A DNA stretch of 64,000 nucleotides from Candidatus Poribacteria bacterium (GTDB taxonomy: Bacteria > Poribacteria > WGA-4E > JAJDTR01): NCBI GenBank assembly GCA_965222225.1, contig CBDCTK010000002.1, forward strand, positions 1,472,001 to 1,536,000, written 5' to 3'. The notes beneath the pieces were generated by a model. It worked only from the letters and a program-made list of their open reading frames with translations, was not told the DNA's origin and made no database searches. Shown one piece after another: positions 40,165 through 48,816 of the stretch (position 1 is the first letter of the stretch; the number at the start of each line of letters is the position of its first letter). Made by a program: the position numbers and the translations under genes.

Positions 40165-40296
40165 CCACAGTCTGGGACGCTGTTGGACAGGGACACACAT
40201 TGATTCGTCAATTAATCAATAGACCAATCATTGTCCGTGTGCGTCCGCGTTCCTTTGCTCGTTACGTTTTACAAATCGTGTTAGGAGGTATCGCGT

Positions 40297-41433
40297 TTGA
40301 GGCAACAGTCTTTCCATGAAATAGATATGTACCATATATGGCTTCACCGAATCGCTGTATTGACAGCAGTGATGACTTTTATCCTAATCTGCATGGGAGG
40401 GCTTGTAACCAGCACGGATTCGGGGCTTGCCGTTCCCGATTGGCCCACAACATTTGGATACAACATGTTCCTCTATCCGTTGTCGAAAACGGTCAGCGGT
40501 TTTCTGTTTAGTGTTGATCCGACCCTGCAAACGGATTTGGACGAAGGTAACCTCTCCGAGAATCTGCGGAGTGCGCTTGAAAACAATGAGATTTCGATTT
40601 CAGAAAACGCTGTAATCTCGACTGAAGAAGAAGGGGGTAGGTGGAGGCTCACGGATAGTGAGAATGAACGAACCTATACCCTGATTAAATCGGACGCGAG
40701 GCTGGATGTCTACGTACACGGCGTTCTCTACGAACACACTCATCGATTGATTGGCTCAATCGTTGGGGTGCTAACGATTCTATTATTGGTGGCAATCTGG
40801 GCAAAGGACGATCGGAGATGGCTTATATTGCTGGGCGCGATCGCACTTCTTGCTGTCATCGTGCAAGGTGTGATGGGTGGTCTGCGTGTGACACACCTTA
40901 GCAGAGCCCTCGCAATCGTGCATGCCTGCTTTGCCCAAGTGTTTTTTGGGTTGACCGCCAGTCTCGTGCTGTTTACCTCGCGCGGATGGTTGCAAATCTG
41001 GCAAAGAATTGAAGATCCAGGTGCATCGCGTCTGAGGCGGCTAAGTGGAATTACGTTAGTGCTCATTTATGTTCAATTCATCTTCGGTGCAATATTGAGG
41101 CATACTGGGACTCGGCTGGATGCCCATCTGCTTTTTGCTGCCTTGGTGACAATTCACGTATTCTTGCTTTCTGGACGAGTGTTGAGCGATTACCTAGGGT
41201 ATTTGCGGCTTGTTCGTCCTGTATTGGTACTCAGCGGTTTGCTCGCTGTGCAATTGGTTTTGGGCGGTGCGGCATACGTTGCTGAATTCACTTCTGTCGG
41301 TGAAGTCGTGTCTTCTTCCATGAGCGTGATAATCACAACTGCCCATGTTGCAATCGGCGCGTTGATGCTGGTCATGTCCGTCGTAGTGACTGTGAGTGTT
41401 TATCGTCTTACAAGCTTAGACCGGACCCCTTGA
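40297..41433 (+). CDS. ctaA: Heme A synthase (COX15/CtaA), Cys-less loop with inserted domain
   Basis: GGLVTS..SGLAVPDWP, EHTHR, QGVMGG, further His in TM helices. Start may be the downstream ATG. Confidence 0.88.
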   Translation: MRQQSFHEIDMYHIWLHRIAVLTAVMTFILICMGGLVTSTDSGLAVPDWPTTFGYNMFLYPLSKTVSGFLFSVDPTLQTDLDEGNLSENLRSALENNEISISENAVISTEEEGGRWRLTDSENERTYTLIKSDARLDVYVHGVLYEHTHRLIGSIVGVLTILLLVAIWAKDDRRWLILLGAIALLAVIVQGVMGGLRVTHLSRALAIVHACFAQVFFGLTASLVLFTSRGWLQIWQRIEDPGASRLRRLSGITLVLIYVQFIFGAILRHTGTRLDAHLLFAALVTIHVFLLSGRVLSDYLGYLRLVRPVLVLSGLLAVQLVLGGAAYVAEFTSVGEVVSSSMSVIITTAHVAIGALMLVMSVVVTVSVYRLTSLDRTP

Positions 41434-41454
41434 CGAGTAGAACTCGTTAGTGAT

Positions 41455-41580
41455 GAGGATCAAGCGATTGATTAGAGAGCGATCAACTGAGTGGATAACG
41501 AGGATCAAGGGAACGAACGGTGACCGCGATAGAGTTCCCATAGAAAATCCCATAATGACTGCGATAGAGCTTCCATAGGG
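41455..41580 (+). repeat. Modular intergenic repeat, copy A
   Basis: GATCAA / GAGTGGATAACGAG / TGACCGCGATAGA.TTCCCATAGAAA modules shared with 55162-55410 and 62037-62192. Confidence 0.7.
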
Positions 41581-41607
41581 AACGCAATAACCTGCGTTCA
41601 TTGAGGT

Positions 41608-42516
41608 ATGCGCATGATGTCAACAACTCAGACTCAAGACAATGACCTGTCCGAACTAAGCCGCCGAGTGTCAACTTTCGTGGAATTGACTAAGCCGCGA
41701 CTCGTAGCAATGATACTGATTACAACCTTCGCCGGCTTCTATCTCGCATCTTCGGATTCTCTCAATTGGCTTCAACTTGTTGAGGTGATTATCGGCACCG
41801 GGTTGTCGGCGGCAGGAGTGTTAGCTCTGAATCAATACCTCGAACGGGACCTAGATGCACAGATGGTAAGGACATGCAACCGTCCCTTGCCAGACAAGCG
41901 TGTCGAACCGACGACCGCGCTATTCTTTGGCGTGTTACTGACTGTTGGCGGCCTCGCATTTACGGCATTCTGCGTTAACTCGTTAAGCGCATTGGCCATC
42001 TCTGCTATCGTCGTGACCTATCTATTCGTCTATACGCCGCTCAAACAGAAGTCACCGCTCTGCACCATTGCCGGCGCGGTTCCGGGGGCATTGCCGCCCG
42101 TTATCGGCTGGGTCGCCGCACGAGGAACAATCAATATTGAAGCATGGACACTTTTCGCCATTCTTTTTCTCTGGCAGCTACCCCACTCCTTGTCGATTGC
42201 ATGCATCTACCGCGACGAATACGCGCAGGCGGGATTCCGATTGCTTCCGGTTGTTCACCCGGATGGCAAGAGCACGAGACGACAAATTGTGAGCAACTGT
42301 TTGGCTCTTCTTGTCGTAGCACTGCTGCCCACATTGGTCGGCATCGCGGGTATCCTTTACTTCTTCGCCGCGCTAGTCTTGAGCGTCTGCTTTCTTGCGT
42401 TCGGTATCAAGCTGTCAGTTTCTCCTACAACCGTATCTGCAAAACGGTTGCTATACGCCTCATTGATATATCTGCCGCTTGTATTTCTTGTAATGGCGCT
42501 TGATAAAACCGCGTGA
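41608..42516 (+). CDS. ctaB: Heme O synthase (protoheme IX farnesyltransferase)
   Basis: LTKPRL, NQYLERDLD..M.RT..RPLP, YTPLK, GALPP.IGW, WQLPH. Confidence 0.95.
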   Translation: MRMMSTTQTQDNDLSELSRRVSTFVELTKPRLVAMILITTFAGFYLASSDSLNWLQLVEVIIGTGLSAAGVLALNQYLERDLDAQMVRTCNRPLPDKRVEPTTALFFGVLLTVGGLAFTAFCVNSLSALAISAIVVTYLFVYTPLKQKSPLCTIAGAVPGALPPVIGWVAARGTINIEAWTLFAILFLWQLPHSLSIACIYRDEYAQAGFRLLPVVHPDGKSTRRQIVSNCLALLVVALLPTLVGIAGILYFFAALVLSVCFLAFGIKLSVSPTTVSAKRLLYASLIYLPLVFLVMALDKTA

Positions 42517-42539
42517 TGAGATGAGGAATTTTAGCTCGG

Positions 42540-42650
42540 ATGAATGACCACAAAAAGCAGAGCCGAAACCGTCGCCTCGGGTTACTCCTATTTGCAATCT
42601 TTGTCACCCTATTTGTTGTCGCAACGATTATCGCGCTGGTGAAAAACTAA
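42540..42650 (+). CDS. 36-aa single-TM small protein in the cox operon (absent from ORF track)
   Basis: MNDHKKQSRNRRLGLLLFAIFVTLFVVATIIALVKN: basic N-terminus plus one TM helix, filling the ctaB-coxC gap. Confidence 0.6.
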   Translation: MNDHKKQSRNRRLGLLLFAIFVTLFVVATIIALVKN

Positions 42651-42704
42651 AGTACAACAAGCAAATGAATACCATTCCCTTGGATACACTAGGCGTTAAT
42701 TCTG

Positions 42705-43310
42705 ATGACTGAAGCAGAACAAGCAACATACGAACATACCGCTGATACAGGTCAACTGATGAGCAATGCCCGTTTGGCTATACTGATACTTCTAGGCGCG
42801 GAAATCATGTTTTTCGCAGGCTTGATTGGGACATTCCTCGTGTTTCGATTGGGCAGTGTGACATGGCCGCCGCCCTCGCAGGCTGATGTGCGATTGCCGA
42901 TTGGCGTCACGGGGATTAATACGATTGTCCTGTTGTTAAGTGGTTATACCATGATTCGGGCGCTGCGGGTGGTGCGTAGGGACAGTCAGAAGGAACTTCG
43001 ACGCTGGCTACTCGTGACAGGTCTTCTCGGCGCAATTTTCCTTGTTGTACAAGGCTCCGAATGGGTTCGATTAGTGCATCACGGATTCACACTGTCGTCA
43101 GGTGTCTACGGTTCAATCTTTTATGTCCTCATCGGTTGCCATGCGCTGCACGTATTGGTTGCAGTCGTTTGGGAGTTGAGTGTTTTTGCCAAAGCGTTAG
43201 GCGGTGGCTTCTCGGCGGATCGCCACGTTGGCGTCGAAATCTGCACTATCTATTGGACATTTGTCGTGGGGTTGTGGCCCATACTATATGTAATGGTCTA
43301 TTTGGTCTAA
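42705..43310 (+). CDS. coxC: Cytochrome c oxidase subunit III (copy 1)
   Basis: E.MFF.GL, NT.VLL.S, Q..EW, GCH..HV, YW.FV...W. Confidence 0.9.
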   Translation: MTEAEQATYEHTADTGQLMSNARLAILILLGAEIMFFAGLIGTFLVFRLGSVTWPPPSQADVRLPIGVTGINTIVLLLSGYTMIRALRVVRRDSQKELRRWLLVTGLLGAIFLVVQGSEWVRLVHHGFTLSSGVYGSIFYVLIGCHALHVLVAVVWELSVFAKALGGGFSADRHVGVEICTIYWTFVVGLWPILYVMVYLV

Positions 43311-43435
43311 ACTGAGGGAAATTAAAGATAGTTCCCAATCACGGTAACCTGCCACTTGACGGATCGGAGAGATGTCGGTGTCCGGCGATTCGGGAACGTA
43401 AGTACCGACTACAAATCGTGAATAAGGAGATCTTC

Positions 43436-43657
43436 ATGATTCGCCGCTATTTTCCGCTCGTGTTGAGGATTACAGTTTGTGCGCTGTTTGTAATACCGAC
43501 CGCAGTCCAAGCATGTCCCTCGTGCAAACTCGTTGATGACCCGATTGCGCAAGGTTTCAAATGGAGCATTCTGTTCCTTATGGCAATGCCCTATATCGTC
43601 TTCAGCCTGATTGGTGGTGGAGTATTTTTTTCGATTAAGCGCGTCAAACAGCGTTAA
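43436..43657 (+). CDS. Small exported CxxC membrane protein
   Basis: AGGAG RBS; signal peptide ending AVQA, then CPSC, then TM ILFLMAMPY. Confidence 0.65.
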   Translation: MIRRYFPLVLRITVCALFVIPTAVQACPSCKLVDDPIAQGFKWSILFLMAMPYIVFSLIGGGVFFSIKRVKQR

Positions 43658-43696
43658 AAACATGAATCGCATTCAGATATGAAAGGAGTATGAAAA

Positions 43697-44350
43697 TTGT
43701 CAGAAACTGCAGCCATAGATCATTCTGCTGATGTCTATGAGCCGTCTCTAACGCCTGACAGTCAGGGTAAGTTGGGGATGTGGCTTTTTCTCATTAGTGA
43801 TGCCATGTCGTTTGGGGCGTTGCTCGCTGTTTACGGTGCCGTGCGTGCGGGCGCAGCGGAGTGGGCACCCCCATCCGAAGTGCTCGGCATTAACCTCACA
43901 GCGGGTATGACCTTCCTGTTAATCTGTAGTAGTCTCACGATGGTCAAAGCGCTTGAATCCATTCAGAATGGCAACCAATCGAGAATGTGTGCCTATCTCG
44001 GGGTGACGATTCTGTGTGGGTTAATCTTCTTGGGATTGCAAGCGTATGAATGGACACACTTGATCACGCACGGCGAGCCCGGTCTCACCCTCACCACAAT
44101 TCCTCATCACGGGTTGTCTGGTGCTGAGATCTCCGGTTCGGTGCTTTTTGGTCCGACCTTCTACGCGATCACAGGTTTCCATGGTGCACACGTGACCGGC
44201 GGCGTCATCTACCTCATCGTTATCTTGATTCAGGGGTTACGAGGGGCGTATACAGCAGAATATAATCACAAAGTCGAGATCTTGGGGTTGTATTGGCATT
44301 TTGTTGACCTAGTCTGGATCATGGTCTTTACTTTCGTCTATCTAGTGTAA
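43697..44350 (+). CDS. coxC: Cytochrome c oxidase subunit III (copy 2)
   Basis: GMWLFL.SD, TGFHG.HV, GLYWHFVDLVW. Confidence 0.92.
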   Translation: MSETAAIDHSADVYEPSLTPDSQGKLGMWLFLISDAMSFGALLAVYGAVRAGAAEWAPPSEVLGINLTAGMTFLLICSSLTMVKALESIQNGNQSRMCAYLGVTILCGLIFLGLQAYEWTHLITHGEPGLTLTTIPHHGLSGAEISGSVLFGPTFYAITGFHGAHVTGGVIYLIVILIQGLRGAYTAEYNHKVEILGLYWHFVDLVWIMVFTFVYLV

Positions 44351-44370
44351 TCACCAAATGGAGAATCAAG

Positions 44371-44703
44371 ATGGAACACGCTCACAAAGAACACCCGAAA
44401 TACATGAGGATATTTTGGATCCTTCTCGTACTCACGATCGCTGAAGTTGCCGTCGTTTACCTGCCGTTTCCAAAGGTTGTGACCACGCTTCTGCTTATCG
44501 GTATGGCATGCACTAAAGCGGCTTACGTCGCGCTCTATTTCATGCATCTGAAATTTGAACAGAAAACCTTGACAGCCATTGCGCTGACGCCCTTTATCAT
44601 CTGCGTGTTTCTCGTGTTTATGCTGTTGCCAGACCTAATGACAGATGCCCGGCACGCAGAAGAAGCTAAAGCCGAAAGTCATGCGGTGGATACATCGCAT
44701 TAG
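44371..44703 (+). CDS. coxD: Cytochrome c oxidase subunit IV (prokaryotic)
   Basis: LT..EV, KA..V.LYFMHLKFE. Confidence 0.88.
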   Translation: MEHAHKEHPKYMRIFWILLVLTIAEVAVVYLPFPKVVTTLLLIGMACTKAAYVALYFMHLKFEQKTLTAIALTPFIICVFLVFMLLPDLMTDARHAEEAKAESHAVDTSH

Positions 44704-44763
44704 CGTAAAGCATATCGTGGATGTGCGCGTCTGACACCTGCGATTCGACTTACACAGCACGCC

Positions 44764-45426
44764 ATGGAAGCCGACATAAAATCCTTAGAGAAGGCGACTA
44801 CTTCGAGAAAGCGTTTGCTGCCCGGTATACTCTGGGGAGTGCTAATTTTCGTGATAGCCGCCATCGTCGTCGCGAACATTTGGTCGGTCATGCATCGACC
44901 GAGTGAAACCTCCGTGTCGGAGAGTTCATTATCAAGACTCGCGGTTCATCACCAACTGCCGGATTTCGCTTTGACTAATCAGCACGGTCACGCGCTTTCA
45001 CTCGCCGATTTAGAAGGCAAGGTTTGGGTCGCGGATTTCATCTTCACAAGTTGCCCCACTATCTGTCCGGCGATGACTGATGAGATGACGCGGCTTCAAG
45101 ATGAGTTTCCGTCCGAATCCGGACTGCGTTTCGTCTCTTTCTCTGTCGATCCGGAACGTGATACCCCGGCGGTGCTCTCCCGCTACGCGGACAGCTTCGG
45201 AGCAGACCATAGTCGTTGGTTCTTCTTGACGGGCGAAAAAACACTGATTTATCAACTCGCGCACGACGGATTCAATCTGGCAGCCGGGCATCGGGGGAGT
45301 GAAATCCTTCATAGCACTCGCTTTGTTCTTGTGGATAGACAGGGAAACGTACGCGGCTACTATGATAGTCGAAATAAGACCAATCTCCAGCGCCTGCGGC
45401 GAGACATAAGTACCTTGCTGAAGTAG
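44764..45426 (+). CDS. SCO1/SenC copper chaperone
   Basis: FTSCPTICP, VDPERD, ILHS.RFVLVD. Confidence 0.92.
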   Translation: MEADIKSLEKATTSRKRLLPGILWGVLIFVIAAIVVANIWSVMHRPSETSVSESSLSRLAVHHQLPDFALTNQHGHALSLADLEGKVWVADFIFTSCPTICPAMTDEMTRLQDEFPSESGLRFVSFSVDPERDTPAVLSRYADSFGADHSRWFFLTGEKTLIYQLAHDGFNLAAGHRGSEILHSTRFVLVDRQGNVRGYYDSRNKTNLQRLRRDISTLLK

Positions 45427-45456
45427 CCAAAATCGCTTCGGAGAAAGAAGGTCGAA

Positions 45457-45726
45457 ATGATTAGGCTTGACGCGGCGCGGCTAGGTGTAGCGTTCCTTAT
45501 TTTCCTCATCAACCTTCCTTTCGGGTTTTACCGAGTCCGTTTCAGAAGATTCTCTCGCCCTTGGGGACGAACCATCTATCTCCCGATTCTCATCAACGTC
45601 CTAACCCGCCGTTTGATTCTGCAATGGGATTGGGGCGCAATTCCCTACCTTTTCACTGGAACGGTCTTGGGACATCTATTGGGTGGATTTTGGGGAAAAA
45701 AGCGCAAAAAACAAGAATCTTCCTAG
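45457..45726 (+). CDS. Small hypothetical membrane protein
   Basis: 89 aa, hydrophobic, INLPFG.YR...RFS..W. Confidence 0.6.
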   Translation: MIRLDAARLGVAFLIFLINLPFGFYRVRFRRFSRPWGRTIYLPILINVLTRRLILQWDWGAIPYLFTGTVLGHLLGGFWGKKRKKQESS

Positions 45727-45779
45727 CGGCTTCGTGGTATAGATTCTACGCTGCAAGAGGATGACGGGAGGGGCAGTCG

Positions 45780-46607
45780 GTGAAAATCGTTCTAAGTCGG
45801 AAAGGATTTGACAGTTCTATCGGCGGATATCCGAGCCCAATATTGCCCGATGGCAAGATGCTCAGCTTGCCGATTCCCGGGGACTGGGAGACATTGACCT
45901 ATAGCGACATCATTGCGCCCGGAGGCAAAACCTATGCAGAAATCATTGAAGAACTGGATGCTGGGGCAGAGATTGGATGTGAAGGGGCTCACCTAGATCC
46001 CGATCTTGTGCCGGGCACATTGCCCCGTCCTCCGGACTGGCTTCCAGCATTTGGACAAGACAGTGCCGCGGCGTCCCATTTGCGGAATCAAGGAGTTTCC
46101 CGGGGCGATCTATTTCTGTTTTTCGGCTGGTTCCGACATACTGAGGAGGTTGAAGACAAAAGACGCTTTTACGGCAACCTCAACGGCTTCCACGCCATAT
46201 TCGGTTATTTGGAAATCGGCGATATTATTAGTGCCAATGAAGATACTCAGTTGCCGAATCGGTTGAATGGACATCCTCATGCTAGTACAGCACAAAAGAA
46301 ACGAATTAACAATACAATCTACGTCGCCGCGTCGAGGTTCAGTGATCACCTGGGTTATCCCGGTGCTGGTGTCTTTCAGTTTGACGATCGGAAGGTGTTA
46401 ACAAAGCAGGGAGAATCAAGGAGTCGCTGGAATCTCAACCCGAAAATTTTCCGACACGTCAGAATTTCTTACCACTCGGAGAACTCATGGAAGGACGGGT
46501 ATTTTCAGTCAGCAGGACGTGGCCAAGAATTTGTCATTCATGCGGATGAGGAAATCATTGAATGGGCTTTCCGTCTAATTAAAGATGCCCGCCTCTGGCA
46601 GCATTGA
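45780..46607 (+). CDS. Nucleotide-modification-associated domain 3 (Nmad3)-like protein
   Basis: SRKGFDS..GG.PSPI.PDG...SLPIP, HLDPD, FGQ, GDLFLFFGWF. Confidence 0.7.
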   Translation: MKIVLSRKGFDSSIGGYPSPILPDGKMLSLPIPGDWETLTYSDIIAPGGKTYAEIIEELDAGAEIGCEGAHLDPDLVPGTLPRPPDWLPAFGQDSAAASHLRNQGVSRGDLFLFFGWFRHTEEVEDKRRFYGNLNGFHAIFGYLEIGDIISANEDTQLPNRLNGHPHASTAQKKRINNTIYVAASRFSDHLGYPGAGVFQFDDRKVLTKQGESRSRWNLNPKIFRHVRISYHSENSWKDGYFQSAGRGQEFVIHADEEIIEWAFRLIKDARLWQH

Positions 46608-46744
46608 ACAAGCCACGATTACTTTGTTCTTTACGCACTGGAATATGGCGGTCTCTCACCCCTAAAGTTCGGCTAGGATTTCAGGTCTTTACCCTGACGA
46701 AAAAATACATTCGCAAAAAGAAAACATAAATCGGAGGAGGAAGG

Positions 46745-48667
46745 ATGTTCAAGAAAATCTATGTGCCCGTTGACAATTCGGATCATTCTGATGCGAGCGT
46801 CAGTCTTGCCGTAGCGTTCTCCAAGAAATTTGGGTCGCAACTCGTCGGCTCCCACGTCTACGCGGCAAAGATGCACGACGTGCGATTCAAACAGATGGAG
46901 TACACTCTCCCCGAAGAATATCAGGACGAAGCCGAACTCGAAAAACAGCGCCGGATTCATGACACCCTGATTACGATGGGGCTTCAATTGATCTCCGACT
47001 CTTACCTTGAGGTAATGAAGAAAAAGTGCGTCGAAAATGATATTCCCTTTGAAGCGAAGATGCCGGAAGGCAAGCATTTCATCAAGCTGGCCGAGGACAT
47101 TCAGCAGTGCGATTACGACCTTGTAATAATGGGTGCCCTCGGTATGGGCGCGGTCAAGGACAGCCTGCTCGGCGGCGTCGTGGAGCGTGTTGTGCGGCGC
47201 ATCCAGACAGACACTCTCGTCGTCCGAAATACAGAGGGGATTCTTGACCAACCTGGGCATATCCTCGTCGGGATCGATGGTAGCCCCGAGTCCTTCGCCG
47301 GATTGAAAACAGCCATCCGCATCGGCAAAGCGTTTGACAGGCAAGTAGAAGCAATCGGCGTTTACGACCCTTATCTTCACTATGTCGTGTTCAATTCGGT
47401 GGTCAACGTTCTAACGGAGCGCGCCTCCAAAACCTTTAGATTCAAAGAACAGGAGCAACTGCACGAAGAGGTTATCGACACCGGGCTCGCCAAAATCTAT
47501 CAATCCCATCTGGAGATTGCCCGCACAATTGCCAAGGAAGATCACGGTTACAATCTCAAAATTACCTTGCTGGATGGCAAAGCCTTCGAGAAAGTCCTGC
47601 AATATACCCGAAAGACACAGCCATGGATGCTCGTGCTAGGGCGAATCGGCGTCCACAGCGAGACGGATATGGACATCGGCAGCAACACCGAAAACCTGTT
47701 GCGACTTGCACCGTGTAACGTATTGCTGTCAAGCGCCCGATACGTCCCCAAAATTGATGTTAAAGCCGAGGAGACGGTCGTCTGGACGCAGGAAGCCATG
47801 GATCGAATGGCGAAAGCGCCGCCACAGATACAGGGTATCGCGCGGACAGCCGTCCATCGCTACGCAATTGAACGAGGTCATTCCGTGATTACCGAGAGCG
47901 TGATTGAGCAGGCGATGGACGCCTTCATGCCGGGGCGTTCAGCGGATCGGATGACCAAGGTTGCCAAACAGATTGCTACGCAAACCGTTCTGGATTCGAA
48001 TGCCGTCAAGACCTTTATCTGTGCCGATTGCGGCTACGCAGCACGCGATCAGAAGCCTGTCAAATGCCCCGTCTGCAGCGTGGATGGGGACCACTTTCAG
48101 ATGGTCGACAAAGAATCACTCCGGAAAGTCGCTGACAAAGAAGGCGGCGTGAGTGAAGAACAGACATTCGACGGTCTCCGTCTCCAGTGGTCGGATCAGG
48201 CAAAGAAGGCGTTACGAAATGTACCGCGCGGTTTCATGCGGCGCAATGTCAAAGCGCGAATCGAAAAATCGGCGCGCACCCAGAAAATCAGCACTATAAC
48301 CAATGATTTCGCCATGCGGATTGTCAACGAAAGCATGAATCAGGCGTCCGCAATCCGCGAAGACGCCCCCGAACTTAAAGCCGTTGCCCAGTCCCGTGAA
48401 TCCTCGGATACCTCTCAAGGGGAAACGTTTGAGAGCGCGTTTGAGTGGGCGCCGGAGGCACGCGAACGTTTGAACCTCGTCCCCTCCGGGTTTATGCGAA
48501 ACATCACCCTATCCCGTGTTGAACAGCGCGCTCGAGAAGCGAATCTCACAACAATAAATCTAGAATTTGCCGCGCAGGTGATTGAGGAGGGACGCAGCTT
48601 GGATAACGAAGTCCTCGGCACATACTACCGGCAGGATCTCAGCGTGAATGACTCCAAAACCGAATAG
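46745..48667 (+). CDS. Tandem USP + rubredoxin-like knuckle + three PCP_red-like domains
   Basis: Two USP domains (IYVPVD.S...GALG.G...LLGGV.ERV; ILVGIDGS...IGSNTENL), CADC..CPVC, three W-x3-A-x2-(R/A)-x4-P helical repeats. Confidence 0.82.
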   Translation: MFKKIYVPVDNSDHSDASVSLAVAFSKKFGSQLVGSHVYAAKMHDVRFKQMEYTLPEEYQDEAELEKQRRIHDTLITMGLQLISDSYLEVMKKKCVENDIPFEAKMPEGKHFIKLAEDIQQCDYDLVIMGALGMGAVKDSLLGGVVERVVRRIQTDTLVVRNTEGILDQPGHILVGIDGSPESFAGLKTAIRIGKAFDRQVEAIGVYDPYLHYVVFNSVVNVLTERASKTFRFKEQEQLHEEVIDTGLAKIYQSHLEIARTIAKEDHGYNLKITLLDGKAFEKVLQYTRKTQPWMLVLGRIGVHSETDMDIGSNTENLLRLAPCNVLLSSARYVPKIDVKAEETVVWTQEAMDRMAKAPPQIQGIARTAVHRYAIERGHSVITESVIEQAMDAFMPGRSADRMTKVAKQIATQTVLDSNAVKTFICADCGYAARDQKPVKCPVCSVDGDHFQMVDKESLRKVADKEGGVSEEQTFDGLRLQWSDQAKKALRNVPRGFMRRNVKARIEKSARTQKISTITNDFAMRIVNESMNQASAIREDAPELKAVAQSRESSDTSQGETFESAFEWAPEARERLNLVPSGFMRNITLSRVEQRAREANLTTINLEFAAQVIEEGRSLDNEVLGTYYRQDLSVNDSKTE

Positions 48668-48816
48668 AGGCAATCCTCTCACGCAAGATACAGTGGAGCC
48701 GCCTTAGAGATGACGACCCGTTTCCTGACTCAAATGATTCATCTACGCCGTCAATCTGCGCGTCATTTAACAAGACATTCTGTGCAACCAAGAGTAATGC
48801 GGAAAGGAGATTCAAA

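Noticed and set aside
46681-46697. TCAGGTCTTTACCCTGA as a third copy of the operator
   Set aside because: Different length and only outer bases match; no comparable promoter geometry.
46673-47380. 235-aa minus-strand ORF and similar antisense ORFs throughout
   Set aside because: Shadow frames of well-supported genes on the opposite strand.
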